This document shows, piece after piece, positions 26,829 through 36,273 of a stretch of 43,682 bases of DNA. Source of the DNA: Candidatus Undinarchaeota archaeon (GTDB lineage: Archaea > SpSt-1190 > JASMDC01). Positions within the stretch are counted from its first letter, which is position 1; the number at the start of each line of letters is the position of its first letter. The stretch lies in assembly GCA_964519305.1 (NCBI GenBank), contig CAZFHY010000024.1, forward strand, positions 1 through 43,682, written 5' to 3'. A program made the position numbers and the translations under genes. The notes below the pieces were generated by a model. The model worked only from the letters and a program-made list of their open reading frames with translations, was not told where the DNA came from and searched no databases.

Positions 26829-29800
26829 TTATCGGACCTGGACCCGGCAGTCATCGCAGCATGCGGCGTTGGCGAGCTGGCAGGAGCCGTCGGGCCGGGT
26901 CTTGACCTGTGGGGCGAAAGCGTCGGGGCAGCCGCTGCACAGCACCAGCAGATAACAGCCGTCAGCGCCGTTCTTTCGCGTGAGGCATCCACCACCGGTG
27001 CAGTAGGAGAACTGGATCTGACGTTTTCGCGCGCCCTCCGGGCACGACACATCGATGGCCGCAGGGGTCTGTATGGCGGATGGCGGGAGGTCGCATGACG
27101 GATCATCTTCGCGGACACGCAGCCGTGCTGAGGGCTGGTCGGCCACGTCCACGTTCCCCTCGTGCCAGCGGACACCGTTGCGGTCCGTGAGATTGACGTG
27201 GATCAGGTAGGTGCCCAGCGACGGCACAACGAGCTCCTGTGACGTGAGGAGTGTTGTGGAGCGTGTACCTGAGGGAAGCCTGAAAGCGTTGTCCACTGCA
27301 GTGGCCAGAAGGTCGTTGGAATCCACGTGGTACACCGAAAGAGCGAGCCGGCCGGCGAAATCCAGTGGGCTCGGGTTCGACAGTTCAACGAGTACCCTGA
27401 TGTTGTCGCAGGTGCGTGCGGTCGAGAGCCGTGTGTCCCCATCGGGTTCTCGGAAGAAGGCGTCCTCAACGGTCAGGCGAGGCATCGTCACCAATACGGA
27501 GGCTTGGGGGAATGTGTGGTCGGGCGTTAGGTCGTAACGCTTCACGCCGGCAGCGTCCCAGAGAGTTAGCCCTGCCCGCAGTTTCCTACCGATATCCTCC
27601 GGCTCGATGTCCGTGGTCGTGCTCGAGACGGTCACAACCCCCCTTACGGGTATCGGCGGAACGTCCCGTGTCTCTGTGAGGAGCGTGTTACCGAGGTCAT
27701 CGGTGATGGTCAGACGCAAGACGCCTGAGAACGGATCGTTCAGGTTGTTGGCCAAGGTGGCACGCACGCCGACAGCAGAGCCGGGGAACGCCTCATCCCC
27801 GTTCACGTCACCCCCTATTGCCAGCCATTCCACTCCGGGAAGCCCTCGGCGGAGAGGGAGGTAGGACCGGGTGGTGAGATTTCCCAGCACCGGACGGTCG
27901 TCGTGCCAGGCAGAGATCCTTGCGGATAGCTCACCGGCCTGACCTGTACCTAGGAGGCTCTCTGTCACGGCAACAGGTGCCGAGCAAATCGCGATGTTCT
28001 CCCCCGGGCGGACTGTGACGGGTGCGGCCGTGTATGCACATGGCCCTGCAGGCCGTGTGGCGACCAGGTCCAGAGGGGGCGCACCATCGCAGTTGTTAGT
28101 GATCGCACACCGGTCGCGATGGGTCTGGACCTGCACACGGGTCTGCACCAGTGCGGTCTCTTCATCACAGACCGTCCCCGGGACGGTCGCCGCCACGAGC
28201 ACCTCGTCCGTGATGGCAGCAGCGGAACAGAGGTCGTCGGCATGGGCTGGGACGGTCACCTCTGTGACGACGCCCTCGGCAGCGAGTCGGGCGGTCAGGT
28301 GCACGGTGCAGTCCGCGTCGATGCCTGCAAGCTCGAGCTCCAGCTCGCGACCTCCCGGCAGGGCCAGCGATGCGGCGGGCATCGCGTTCGATAGGCGAAG
28401 GGTTCCCATTAGCGTGCAGGAGGGGGTCCGATCACAGCCCTCGGGTCGGGTCCACGCGGGCAATCCTCCCGTGTCCAATGGCTCCACGACGATCGGTCCC
28501 CTGAAGGTGGCCCCGCCCTCGTTCGTGAGCACCGCGCACGCCCGCACGCGTTCGCCCCGGAACGCATGTGTGCGCGAAGGCCGGTTTCCTACCTTGAAGT
28601 ACGCCTCTTCGAGCACCAAGCGTGGTTCGGCCGTTCCGATGCACTGGTCTGCGTCGAGAGCGATATTACCTGTAGTGCATGCGCAGCCGAAGGCGTCAGG
28701 ATCTCCGTTGTAGAAGGATATGAGGTCCGAGCACCCGTGGTCTCGGACACAACAATCAGCGAGCTCACGGTAATGTGCGGCCTCCTTGGGAAGACGGCAG
28801 GTCTTGGGGTAGGCGTCCCTCGTGCTGGGCTCAGGTCGTGAGACGGGCGTCCCCAACGGATCGGAGATAGTAGCGCAGTGGCATATCCCTGTCACGCTCT
28901 CGTCCCTAACGACAGCACGGCAGTAGCCGTAGAGCAGCTCATCGGCCGCCTCGGGTGGTTTGTGTGCCAAGCACGCGTCCTGGCAGTCCAGCAGACGTTC
29001 CATGCCCGCGCGCTCACCGGTCCTGAGGTCGAAGCATGATGGGTCCACCGGGAACAGGCGGTTGAGCCAGGCGGCAGAAAGCGCCCCAAGCTCGCGCAGG
29101 TGGTCCTTGAGGTCGGTCGCCTCGTTCGCAGCAGCGTCGATTGCGCTACGCGTGGCGGAGCAGAGCATGGGCACGGATGACGGGTAAGCGGCGTTTATGA
29201 AGAACTGGCGAGCGTCCCCGGCCGTGTGGAAGGGGTAGTTGGTCTCCAGGTCACACACACCGTTCTCGCATCGCACGCAGCGTGGGAACGCGCCCTGCTC
29301 GGCGACCGTGCCTGGTACTCTGCCACAGGCAGGAGCACATGGGACAGCTGTATCGAGCCCCAGGTCACGCGCAAGCCCCTCGAGAAGTATCGAGCGCCAT
29401 TCCTGGCCTAGAAGGGCGTTCACGAGCCGTTTGTTCCCGGGGGGGGAGCCATTACCGTCGCCCGCCAGGTCGCCAGCGCCCGTGTAATAGTCATCGGAGG
29501 TGGGGAAGATCTGGTTCGAGGCGAGCTCGCCGCAGTCCGCGTCCTCGTCCACCGGAGCGTCCAGGACCCTGGGATCGGTGATGAAGGCGCCGTTCTCAAA
29601 GCGTTGCTTGACGTGGAGCGTAGTGCCTGCGGGGAACACGTCGTCATAGAAGTTGGCATCGGTGTCCAGGTCCGTACTGTCACTGCATCGCGTGTCCGCC
29701 CATCGGGGGTTGACCTGTGCAAGGAAGCACCCGCCCGGGCATTCGCAGAGGTTGTCGAGACCGCGGTCGGTCGCTGCGGACACATCTAATCGTGGTGACA

Positions 29801-32800
29801 GTATGAATGGGACCTTGTTCCGCACGACTGCGGACGGTTCATGTACCACGTCCCACCACAGGCTCACGTTCATGGGGTGTGCCTCTGTCGGGCCGTGATC
29901 CGTATCCTCGTCGAACACGATGTATGTGTCCTCCTTTGCCCTGTAGCTGCGTGCGGTAGCCCGGCGGTAGGAAGGATTGAGGTCGCCGGCGGTCGCCATC
30001 ACCAGCTGGGTGAGGCGGGTGACGAAAGTACGCTGGTCCATAGGAGGCTGTCCGAAACCGGTCTCAGTCATGAGCTCCGCCAGAGCTTTATGGATCGATG
30101 CGTCGAGCAACGCGTTGCAGTACGTCCCGCCATCGATACATGACGGGCATTCGCCACGTTCGGGGAGCGATGCTTCGTCCAGACAGCGTGCACCTTTCAG
30201 GTAACCTGTAACGTTCCCACGGAGCGATTCGAGATGAGGGAGGTAATCGTCCAAGAATGTGACCAGCCTGCGGAGGGGCCGCGCCGCCTCGCAAGGATCG
30301 TCCGAGCCAGTATCATCCACCTCGATATCCCCCTCCGTCCGCAAGCCCTTACCGGTGAACAACCGCATGCCCAAGAGGGTGCACGATTCCTTGGCAGCGA
30401 GCACGTCCTTGACGCAAGTAGCGATCCCCGAAGGTTCGGCCACCACACCTGCGACATCAGCCTCGGTCCCCGCAGGAACTGCCGTGTCACCTGCGCATGT
30501 GGCAGACATGGTGAGTAGTGGACAGTTCTTGAGCCTTCCATCGAGATAGCTCTCACCTATCGCTGCTTGGGCGGACCAGTACGTGCACAGCTCGGTACAG
30601 AGGCGGACAGCGCCCGAGTAATCCAGTTCGTCTGCGAACCCGGCACGCAGTTCGCTTCCCAGCCGGGTTGCGAGGAAGTCACCGATGATGGGCGTCTCAT
30701 CCCGGGATGGGGGTGCCTGGCCAGCGCGGAGAAGGGAGTCCCAGATGTCCTCGTCAAGAGCGAAAATGCAGTCACCGTAAGCGCTCTCCAGTCCGTCGAG
30801 GGCGTTCTTGCACGCGTCGCACCGGCGCTCTGAGGCATCGGCCAGCCCTTTCAGTGTCGTGCGCAGTCGTTCGAGGTACTTGCGGCGGTTGGCCAATGAG
30901 ACAGCTAGGTAGTCGAGGTGGATCTTCCGGTTGAGGTGTCGGAAGGAAGGGCAGGTCCCGTTGGCATAGATGAGTTCGTTGCCACCTGCGCACTCGTCCT
31001 TGCAGGGAGCGGGCGAGCGTGATGCCTGGCGCAGCAGCTCGACGGTCTGAAGGGATGGTTCCGGGAGCCTCGCTTCGGGCGTCCCTGCGCGGACCGCCTC
31101 GGGACCGCATGTGTCCGGATCGGTGCATCGTACGACGATGTGTTCCCATCCCTCTTCCTGACATACTCTGCTGGTCGCGTCAGGTAACCGGTCGATGAAG
31201 TTATCGGCGAAACGTTGGGGCGGGTTCGATCCGGGGATGCGCCAGAGGGAGGCCATGTACGTGAAGAACCCTTGCGTCCAGTCAACACCATAGGAGTTAC
31301 GGGTCCCTTCTATGTAGAGCGGGTTCGCCAGTCCCGAGATTATCTGTGGTTTCCGGGCGATCACGAGGGAATCGATGAGGGCCGCTTTTGAGAACGCGAG
31401 CGTGTTAGGTCGGTCGGAGGAACCGGTCAGTCCGGCGAGCGCCATCTCTTCGGCCTGGCGTCGAGCAGCGAGCTCGATCTCCTCGGCCAGTCGATTGGCT
31501 TCTTGGATATACGATTGCGGTAGGTTGTAGAACTCGTCGTCGAACACCCTCGAGACCACGTCGCCCAGCCGCTCGGCGAACAGTGCAGTGGCACCGGTGA
31601 TCTTCATCCGCGTCCTGACGATATCCTTCACTGCCTGTTCGTTGATGTTCAGGTCGCGGGCGATCCGTTCGCTGATGATGTCCTGTGTGTTCAGCACGGC
31701 TTCTCGCACGTACTGCTCCTCGACTTCTGCCGTGAACACAGTGCGCACTAGCGAGCCTGCATTGGCCCAGATATCGTCCGTGGGGACACCCTCGGGTGCA
31801 AGCTCCTGAGCGCGTATGAAAACCTGGCGCTGATAGGACCGGGCCAGCATCATTAATCGTTCCTGGGCCATGATCGGCCCGCTGAACGCATCGACGAGAG
31901 CGTCGAGCCCGTTGCCCGCGGTGAGCCGGTCTATGATCACCTCCAACCGGCGACGGGCAGCATGCCTTCGCATACGCTGTTCGAGCTCCAAAGGATCGTC
32001 CGCTAGTCGGTGGAATGCCTCGGGTCCGAGCTCCTCGGCGAGCAAACGCATCATTCGCGCGGTCTGGGCGTCCTTGAGCTCCTCCCGGAGTGCCGTGATG
32101 TCATCATCAGGTATTTCATCATCATCGGTCGTGCGGACTGCCCTTGCGGTGAGCGGTCCGGCCGCGTCGGGACCCAAAGAGGCGGCCTTGCGGATGCCTG
32201 CGTACACAAGGTCGTCGGACAGCTCGCCCAAAGCTGTTGTGGGGTCATCGGCAGCAAGGCCCTGGGCCACGAGCATTCGCGCAGCGACAACGATCGTGGA
32301 CTGGGCGAGAGCTGTGTTGCCCAGACCCTCCAGGCCACTGGAGCGCACACGGGTTGCGAGAGTAGCGGCATTGGTCGTTACGAGCATCTCCTCGATACCG
32401 TCGGCGACCGCGTCCCCGAAGTTGACTCTGATCCGCGGGACCACCGTGGAGGGCTCGCTCTCAAGAGCCTCTGCGAGCTCACGTGATCCGAATTCATCGG
32501 CGGTCCTGACCAGCCGCTGCTGTCCGGTGGATGTGAGGACCCCCTCACCCTCGACTGCGAGGCTCCGAGCGCCCAGCATACGCAATTCCCTGAGCGAACC
32601 GTCCCCTAATCGATATCGGGCGTTGTGGACCGTGTCCTGCGCGTTGTCCTGTACGATCAGTCTGACGAGCACATCGCGTGACGATGCGAGAAGGTGCTCC
32701 TGTTGTAGCAGGTCGCCTGCTGCGTCGGCGATCATCGCCTCGTATAGGGACGACATCCCGTACTCTTCTAGCACCGTAAGACCGTCGGAGAGGAGGACAT

Positions 32801-35800
32801 CCCGTGCCGACCGGATGAGGGCGTGGCGGAGCTGGCGGGCGGTCTCGGCGCCGAGACGGGCGTCCCACATGGCGAGGTCGGGTTCGGTCCCCATGATCCA
32901 TGCCCGGTCACCGGGTGATAGGGGCGGATCGATACCGGAGAGCACGGTCTCACTATCCTCGATCAGTAGCTTGAGGCCGAGCTCATAGAGCCCGTCAGCG
33001 ACATCGTGCCCGAGGCGGGCGGCCACGGAATTATAGACATCGTCTAGCGTGGCCAGGGGGACGCCGTCCTCGGTGCGGAGGAGGGCATCGGAGAGGCGCG
33101 CATAGGTCACCGACTCCACGTCATCGGCGGTCTCTGCCACTATCGACGCAACGAGCGGCCCGATCACACGTGCCGCCTCGGCGACCCCCTCATCGACCAT
33201 CTCGTTATGAGCGCGTGCTCCGCCCAGCGACGACGCCATCTCCCGGCCTTCCGGGGAGAGGTTCTCTCCGAACGCAGCGGATTGTGGACCCATCAGGTCC
33301 AAGGTACCACGCATGCGCATGACCGTCGACATGGAGTCCTGGAGATTGTCGGCCACAGAGCGGAGGATGTCACCGGCGGGGATATCGCTCCGTGTAAAAT
33401 AACCGGACAGGTCCGATGAGGACGGATCAAGTGTCGACGCCAGCATCCCTGCGAGGCCGAAGGGATTCGTGGGGTCCGAGGCCAGCCCGAGCAGGTGACC
33501 GGCGAGCTTCCCCGTCCCCTCCCGGTTGTATCCACCTGTGTAGAGATTGATACATTCCTGGTCCCCGCCCGTGCTGCGGTATAGCGGGAAATCCTCTTTG
33601 TCGTACACCATGTCCAGCATCATTTCGGGATCGAACACATGGGTGAGTTGACCCCGTTCCAATGGCTGCTCCTTCGCATCGAGTGGGCGGACGAAGGGAT
33701 AATGCTTGCCCAACACCGTGTCGAACATCAGCAACGGGATGTGCTCCAGGCGCTGCTCATCGCTCTCATCGCAGCGGATCCCCGAGCGATCGCACCCGCG
33801 GAGCTCGATGTGCGTCGTGACCTGTGGTTTGATGAGCTCATCTACACCGTAGTGCTCGACACGAAGGCACACGCCACGTTCCTTGTCGAACCAGCGTGAG
33901 CAGTCGTAGAGCAGTCCCATGCGACGCGGGAGTTTGTACTCCTCCTCGTCCATGAGCGTGGAGATCTCACGCAGGTCGTGCACGTACCGGACCTCCTCGC
34001 ACGCGTCACCCTTGCACAGCTGCCATACATAGCGGGGACGGAACGCATCGTTGGAGACGTCGTAGACCCACTTAACCTTTGGCGCTCCTGCATAAGTGGC
34101 GACCACCGGTTCGTCCATGGGATTAGTACAGTTGAGGACCAGGCCGAACACATGCTCGCGGATATCGCCTGGATTGACCGTGATCGGCTGGAGGATGCGG
34201 GGCTTGAACGCGCTCTCGTCGTACGAGTCGAAGAGGGTACCGGAAATGAGACCTATCGCACCGTCAACCAACCCTCCTTTCTGCCACCCCGTCCCGGTCG
34301 GTTTCTTACCAGAGAAGTAACATCGGTCGGTCCGGTCCTTGAACACACCCGTCTTACAGAGACGGTCCTTGGCGTCGTACACGAAGTATTCCTCGGACGA
34401 ACCCGTGGCGGGCAGCTTCAGGTTGTGCGGGCAGGATACCCAAGCAGTGCGAGAGATGACGACACGCCAGGGGTAGTTACCGGCTGACATCTGTCCCGAA
34501 AGACCGTCCGCAGAAGGTTCCGGAAGTGCCATCTGAGCCCTCAGGTAGGCGGGACACTGGGCCACCTTCTTGGGATTTAGGACCCAGTAACCGTTCTTCA
34601 AGATGGTGAACTCCGGTCCGAACATGAGGTTGAGGTATACCTCGGCCGCCTCGCCGCTCCGCGCGTTGTACGAGCTGTGGCCGACCATCAGGTCCGCCAC
34701 CTCGTCATCCTGGCCCCAGGAGCGCATCCAGTCCGCTGACGCGTCTCCCGACGCTGCGTCACCTGAGGCTGAAGAACCTTTCATGCGACATAGCGAGATG
34801 CAGAACGCGCCATAGAACACACGCGAGGAGAAGTCAGCAGCGGATAAGGGATCGCCCCATCCTGCAAGGCTCATCCCCAGTTCACCTGCCGCCGTCCCCA
34901 TGTCCAGGAACGTATGGAGCGTGCCGAAACGTTGACGGAGGAGTCCGTCGACCAGCCCGGACGTGAGCTGCTCCTCGCGGCTGCGGGGTACTTGCTTGCC
35001 GAGGACGTTCTCGTAACAGGAAAGGGTCTCTGACCAGCATGCGCCACAGTTCTGGGTATCGATCATACGCAGTGCCGGTTCGCGGCACTTGACCAGAGGG
35101 CTCCTGCTGAGAGCGTATAGGTTGGATGTATAGGACTGGAGCAGGAAGTCACCGGAAAGCCATGTCCGGTTGGCCAGGCAGTCCTGTTTATTGTCGCCCG
35201 TGCATGGACCGAACAGCCGCGCTGTAAGGTCCTCATGCTCAGCGCCGGTCGGGGTGAGGGTGAGCGTCTTGAGCGCGAAGTAGTTCAGCTCGCGGGCGCA
35301 GATGCGGCCCGCCCAAGTGGCCAGGTCGCCCTCGTCCACTGCCGACGTGTCCGGCCAGGAGCGGGCGCACAGGGGATTGTCGCGACAGAACGCAAGGTCG
35401 TCCCCCGCTGCTACCGCCTCTGCCGCCGCGTCAGCTGCTGAGGCCAGTCCCGGATCGGTTAGGGCGTTCTGCTTCACGACGGCGTAGGAGCAGAGGCTCT
35501 TGAACCCGGTGCACGTGCTCTTGTCACCCCCCGTGGCCGTCATGCAGTCGCAGAGGGTAGTCCCCTCCCTGCTGACGTATGTATCACAGGGACGCAACCC
35601 TGTTGGTGCGTCGTTGAACTGGAGGGGCATGAGGCATGAAGGGACGACCAGTGAGGACCGCTCACCGAAACTATCCCTGAACTGTGAGCAGAAGGGGTCG
35701 CGTATCGACTTCACCGCATTACATCGGGTGAGAACATAGTACTTGGCCATGTCATCGACCGATGTGCGTGAGATGGGGATGGGATTGGGGACGACCAGCC

Positions 35801-36218
35801 CGTACATAGCGTAAGCAGCCTGCTCGGTAGTGAGAGGGAGCTCGTCCGGGATCACTAGCCGCATGTCCTGCTTGAACCCGATGGTGGCGATGAGCCAGAG
35901 GTGGAGGTCGGGATCGCTCCCGTGCAAGGCATCGATGCAGTTCCAGGTGTCCTGACACTCGGTATAGAACTCACCGATGCACGCCATCTCGACGTAGGGT
36001 GGGACGAACGGTCCCATGAAATCCATGAAACCGGGGAGGCCAGGGATAATGGGGACGAGGGGAGCTCCGGCAGGCCCCGGGATAACAGGTCCGAGGGGAG
36101 TTGCTGCAGCGGCCGCGGCCCCTGCGAGACCGGGAAGGATGGGGAGGCTGGTGGATGACGTTGTCAGGACTATGAACAGTATCAATGCGGTCCAGGTCCG
36201 TAGGCGTCCCAGTCCCAT
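26829..36218 (-). CDS. Giant (3129 aa) secreted Cys-rich protein with a central Cys-free helical region and C-terminal Ig/CARDB-like domains
   Basis: Uninterrupted 9.4-kb ORF; signal peptide MGLGRLRTWTALILFIVLTTSS; no C-terminal TM; TATA-like ttatttata ~32 nt upstream. Confidence 0.9.
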   Translation of the reverse strand: MGLGRLRTWTALILFIVLTTSSTSLPILPGLAGAAAAAATPLGPVIPGPAGAPLVPIIPGLPGFMDFMGPFVPPYVEMACIGEFYTECQDTWNCIDALHGSDPDLHLWLIATIGFKQDMRLVIPDELPLTTEQAAYAMYGLVVPNPIPISRTSVDDMAKYYVLTRCNAVKSIRDPFCSQFRDSFGERSSLVVPSCLMPLQFNDAPTGLRPCDTYVSREGTTLCDCMTATGGDKSTCTGFKSLCSYAVVKQNALTDPGLASAADAAAEAVAAGDDLAFCRDNPLCARSWPDTSAVDEGDLATWAGRICARELNYFALKTLTLTPTGAEHEDLTARLFGPCTGDNKQDCLANRTWLSGDFLLQSYTSNLYALSRSPLVKCREPALRMIDTQNCGACWSETLSCYENVLGKQVPRSREEQLTSGLVDGLLRQRFGTLHTFLDMGTAAGELGMSLAGWGDPLSAADFSSRVFYGAFCISLCRMKGSSASGDAASGDASADWMRSWGQDDEVADLMVGHSSYNARSGEAAEVYLNLMFGPEFTILKNGYWVLNPKKVAQCPAYLRAQMALPEPSADGLSGQMSAGNYPWRVVISRTAWVSCPHNLKLPATGSSEEYFVYDAKDRLCKTGVFKDRTDRCYFSGKKPTGTGWQKGGLVDGAIGLISGTLFDSYDESAFKPRILQPITVNPGDIREHVFGLVLNCTNPMDEPVVATYAGAPKVKWVYDVSNDAFRPRYVWQLCKGDACEEVRYVHDLREISTLMDEEEYKLPRRMGLLYDCSRWFDKERGVCLRVEHYGVDELIKPQVTTHIELRGCDRSGIRCDESDEQRLEHIPLLMFDTVLGKHYPFVRPLDAKEQPLERGQLTHVFDPEMMLDMVYDKEDFPLYRSTGGDQECINLYTGGYNREGTGKLAGHLLGLASDPTNPFGLAGMLASTLDPSSSDLSGYFTRSDIPAGDILRSVADNLQDSMSTVMRMRGTLDLMGPQSAAFGENLSPEGREMASSLGGARAHNEMVDEGVAEAARVIGPLVASIVAETADDVESVTYARLSDALLRTEDGVPLATLDDVYNSVAARLGHDVADGLYELGLKLLIEDSETVLSGIDPPLSPGDRAWIMGTEPDLAMWDARLGAETARQLRHALIRSARDVLLSDGLTVLEEYGMSSLYEAMIADAAGDLLQQEHLLASSRDVLVRLIVQDNAQDTVHNARYRLGDGSLRELRMLGARSLAVEGEGVLTSTGQQRLVRTADEFGSRELAEALESEPSTVVPRIRVNFGDAVADGIEEMLVTTNAATLATRVRSSGLEGLGNTALAQSTIVVAARMLVAQGLAADDPTTALGELSDDLVYAGIRKAASLGPDAAGPLTARAVRTTDDDEIPDDDITALREELKDAQTARMMRLLAEELGPEAFHRLADDPLELEQRMRRHAARRRLEVIIDRLTAGNGLDALVDAFSGPIMAQERLMMLARSYQRQVFIRAQELAPEGVPTDDIWANAGSLVRTVFTAEVEEQYVREAVLNTQDIISERIARDLNINEQAVKDIVRTRMKITGATALFAERLGDVVSRVFDDEFYNLPQSYIQEANRLAEEIELAARRQAEEMALAGLTGSSDRPNTLAFSKAALIDSLVIARKPQIISGLANPLYIEGTRNSYGVDWTQGFFTYMASLWRIPGSNPPQRFADNFIDRLPDATSRVCQEEGWEHIVVRCTDPDTCGPEAVRAGTPEARLPEPSLQTVELLRQASRSPAPCKDECAGGNELIYANGTCPSFRHLNRKIHLDYLAVSLANRRKYLERLRTTLKGLADASERRCDACKNALDGLESAYGDCIFALDEDIWDSLLRAGQAPPSRDETPIIGDFLATRLGSELRAGFADELDYSGAVRLCTELCTYWSAQAAIGESYLDGRLKNCPLLTMSATCAGDTAVPAGTEADVAGVVAEPSGIATCVKDVLAAKESCTLLGMRLFTGKGLRTEGDIEVDDTGSDDPCEAARPLRRLVTFLDDYLPHLESLRGNVTGYLKGARCLDEASLPERGECPSCIDGGTYCNALLDASIHKALAELMTETGFGQPPMDQRTFVTRLTQLVMATAGDLNPSYRRATARSYRAKEDTYIVFDEDTDHGPTEAHPMNVSLWWDVVHEPSAVVRNKVPFILSPRLDVSAATDRGLDNLCECPGGCFLAQVNPRWADTRCSDSTDLDTDANFYDDVFPAGTTLHVKQRFENGAFITDPRVLDAPVDEDADCGELASNQIFPTSDDYYTGAGDLAGDGNGSPPGNKRLVNALLGQEWRSILLEGLARDLGLDTAVPCAPACGRVPGTVAEQGAFPRCVRCENGVCDLETNYPFHTAGDARQFFINAAYPSSVPMLCSATRSAIDAAANEATDLKDHLRELGALSAAWLNRLFPVDPSCFDLRTGERAGMERLLDCQDACLAHKPPEAADELLYGYCRAVVRDESVTGICHCATISDPLGTPVSRPEPSTRDAYPKTCRLPKEAAHYRELADCCVRDHGCSDLISFYNGDPDAFGCACTTGNIALDADQCIGTAEPRLVLEEAYFKVGNRPSRTHAFRGERVRACAVLTNEGGATFRGPIVVEPLDTGGLPAWTRPEGCDRTPSCTLMGTLRLSNAMPAASLALPGGRELELELAGIDADCTVHLTARLAAEGVVTEVTVPAHADDLCSAAAITDEVLVAATVPGTVCDEETALVQTRVQVQTHRDRCAITNNCDGAPPLDLVATRPAGPCAYTAAPVTVRPGENIAICSAPVAVTESLLGTGQAGELSARISAWHDDRPVLGNLTTRSYLPLRRGLPGVEWLAIGGDVNGDEAFPGSAVGVRATLANNLNDPFSGVLRLTITDDLGNTLLTETRDVPPIPVRGVVTVSSTTTDIEPEDIGRKLRAGLTLWDAAGVKRYDLTPDHTFPQASVLVTMPRLTVEDAFFREPDGDTRLSTARTCDNIRVLVELSNPSPLDFAGRLALSVYHVDSNDLLATAVDNAFRLPSGTRSTTLLTSQELVVPSLGTYLIHVNLTDRNGVRWHEGNVDVADQPSARLRVREDDPSCDLPPSAIQTPAAIDVSCPEGARKRQIQFSYCTGGGCLTRKNGADGCYLLVLCSGCPDAFAPQVKTRPDGSCQLANAACCDDCRVQVR

Positions 36219-36247
36219 GACTAGCTCGGCAAACGGGTCGCGGTTGA

Positions 36248-36258
36248 ACTATAAATAA
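36248..36258 (-). promoter_or_regulatory. Putative TATA box for the giant gene
   Basis: Minus strand reads ttatttatagt ~30-40 nt upstream of ATG 36218. Confidence 0.55.
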
Positions 36259-36273
36259 TGTATGCTGGCGGCC

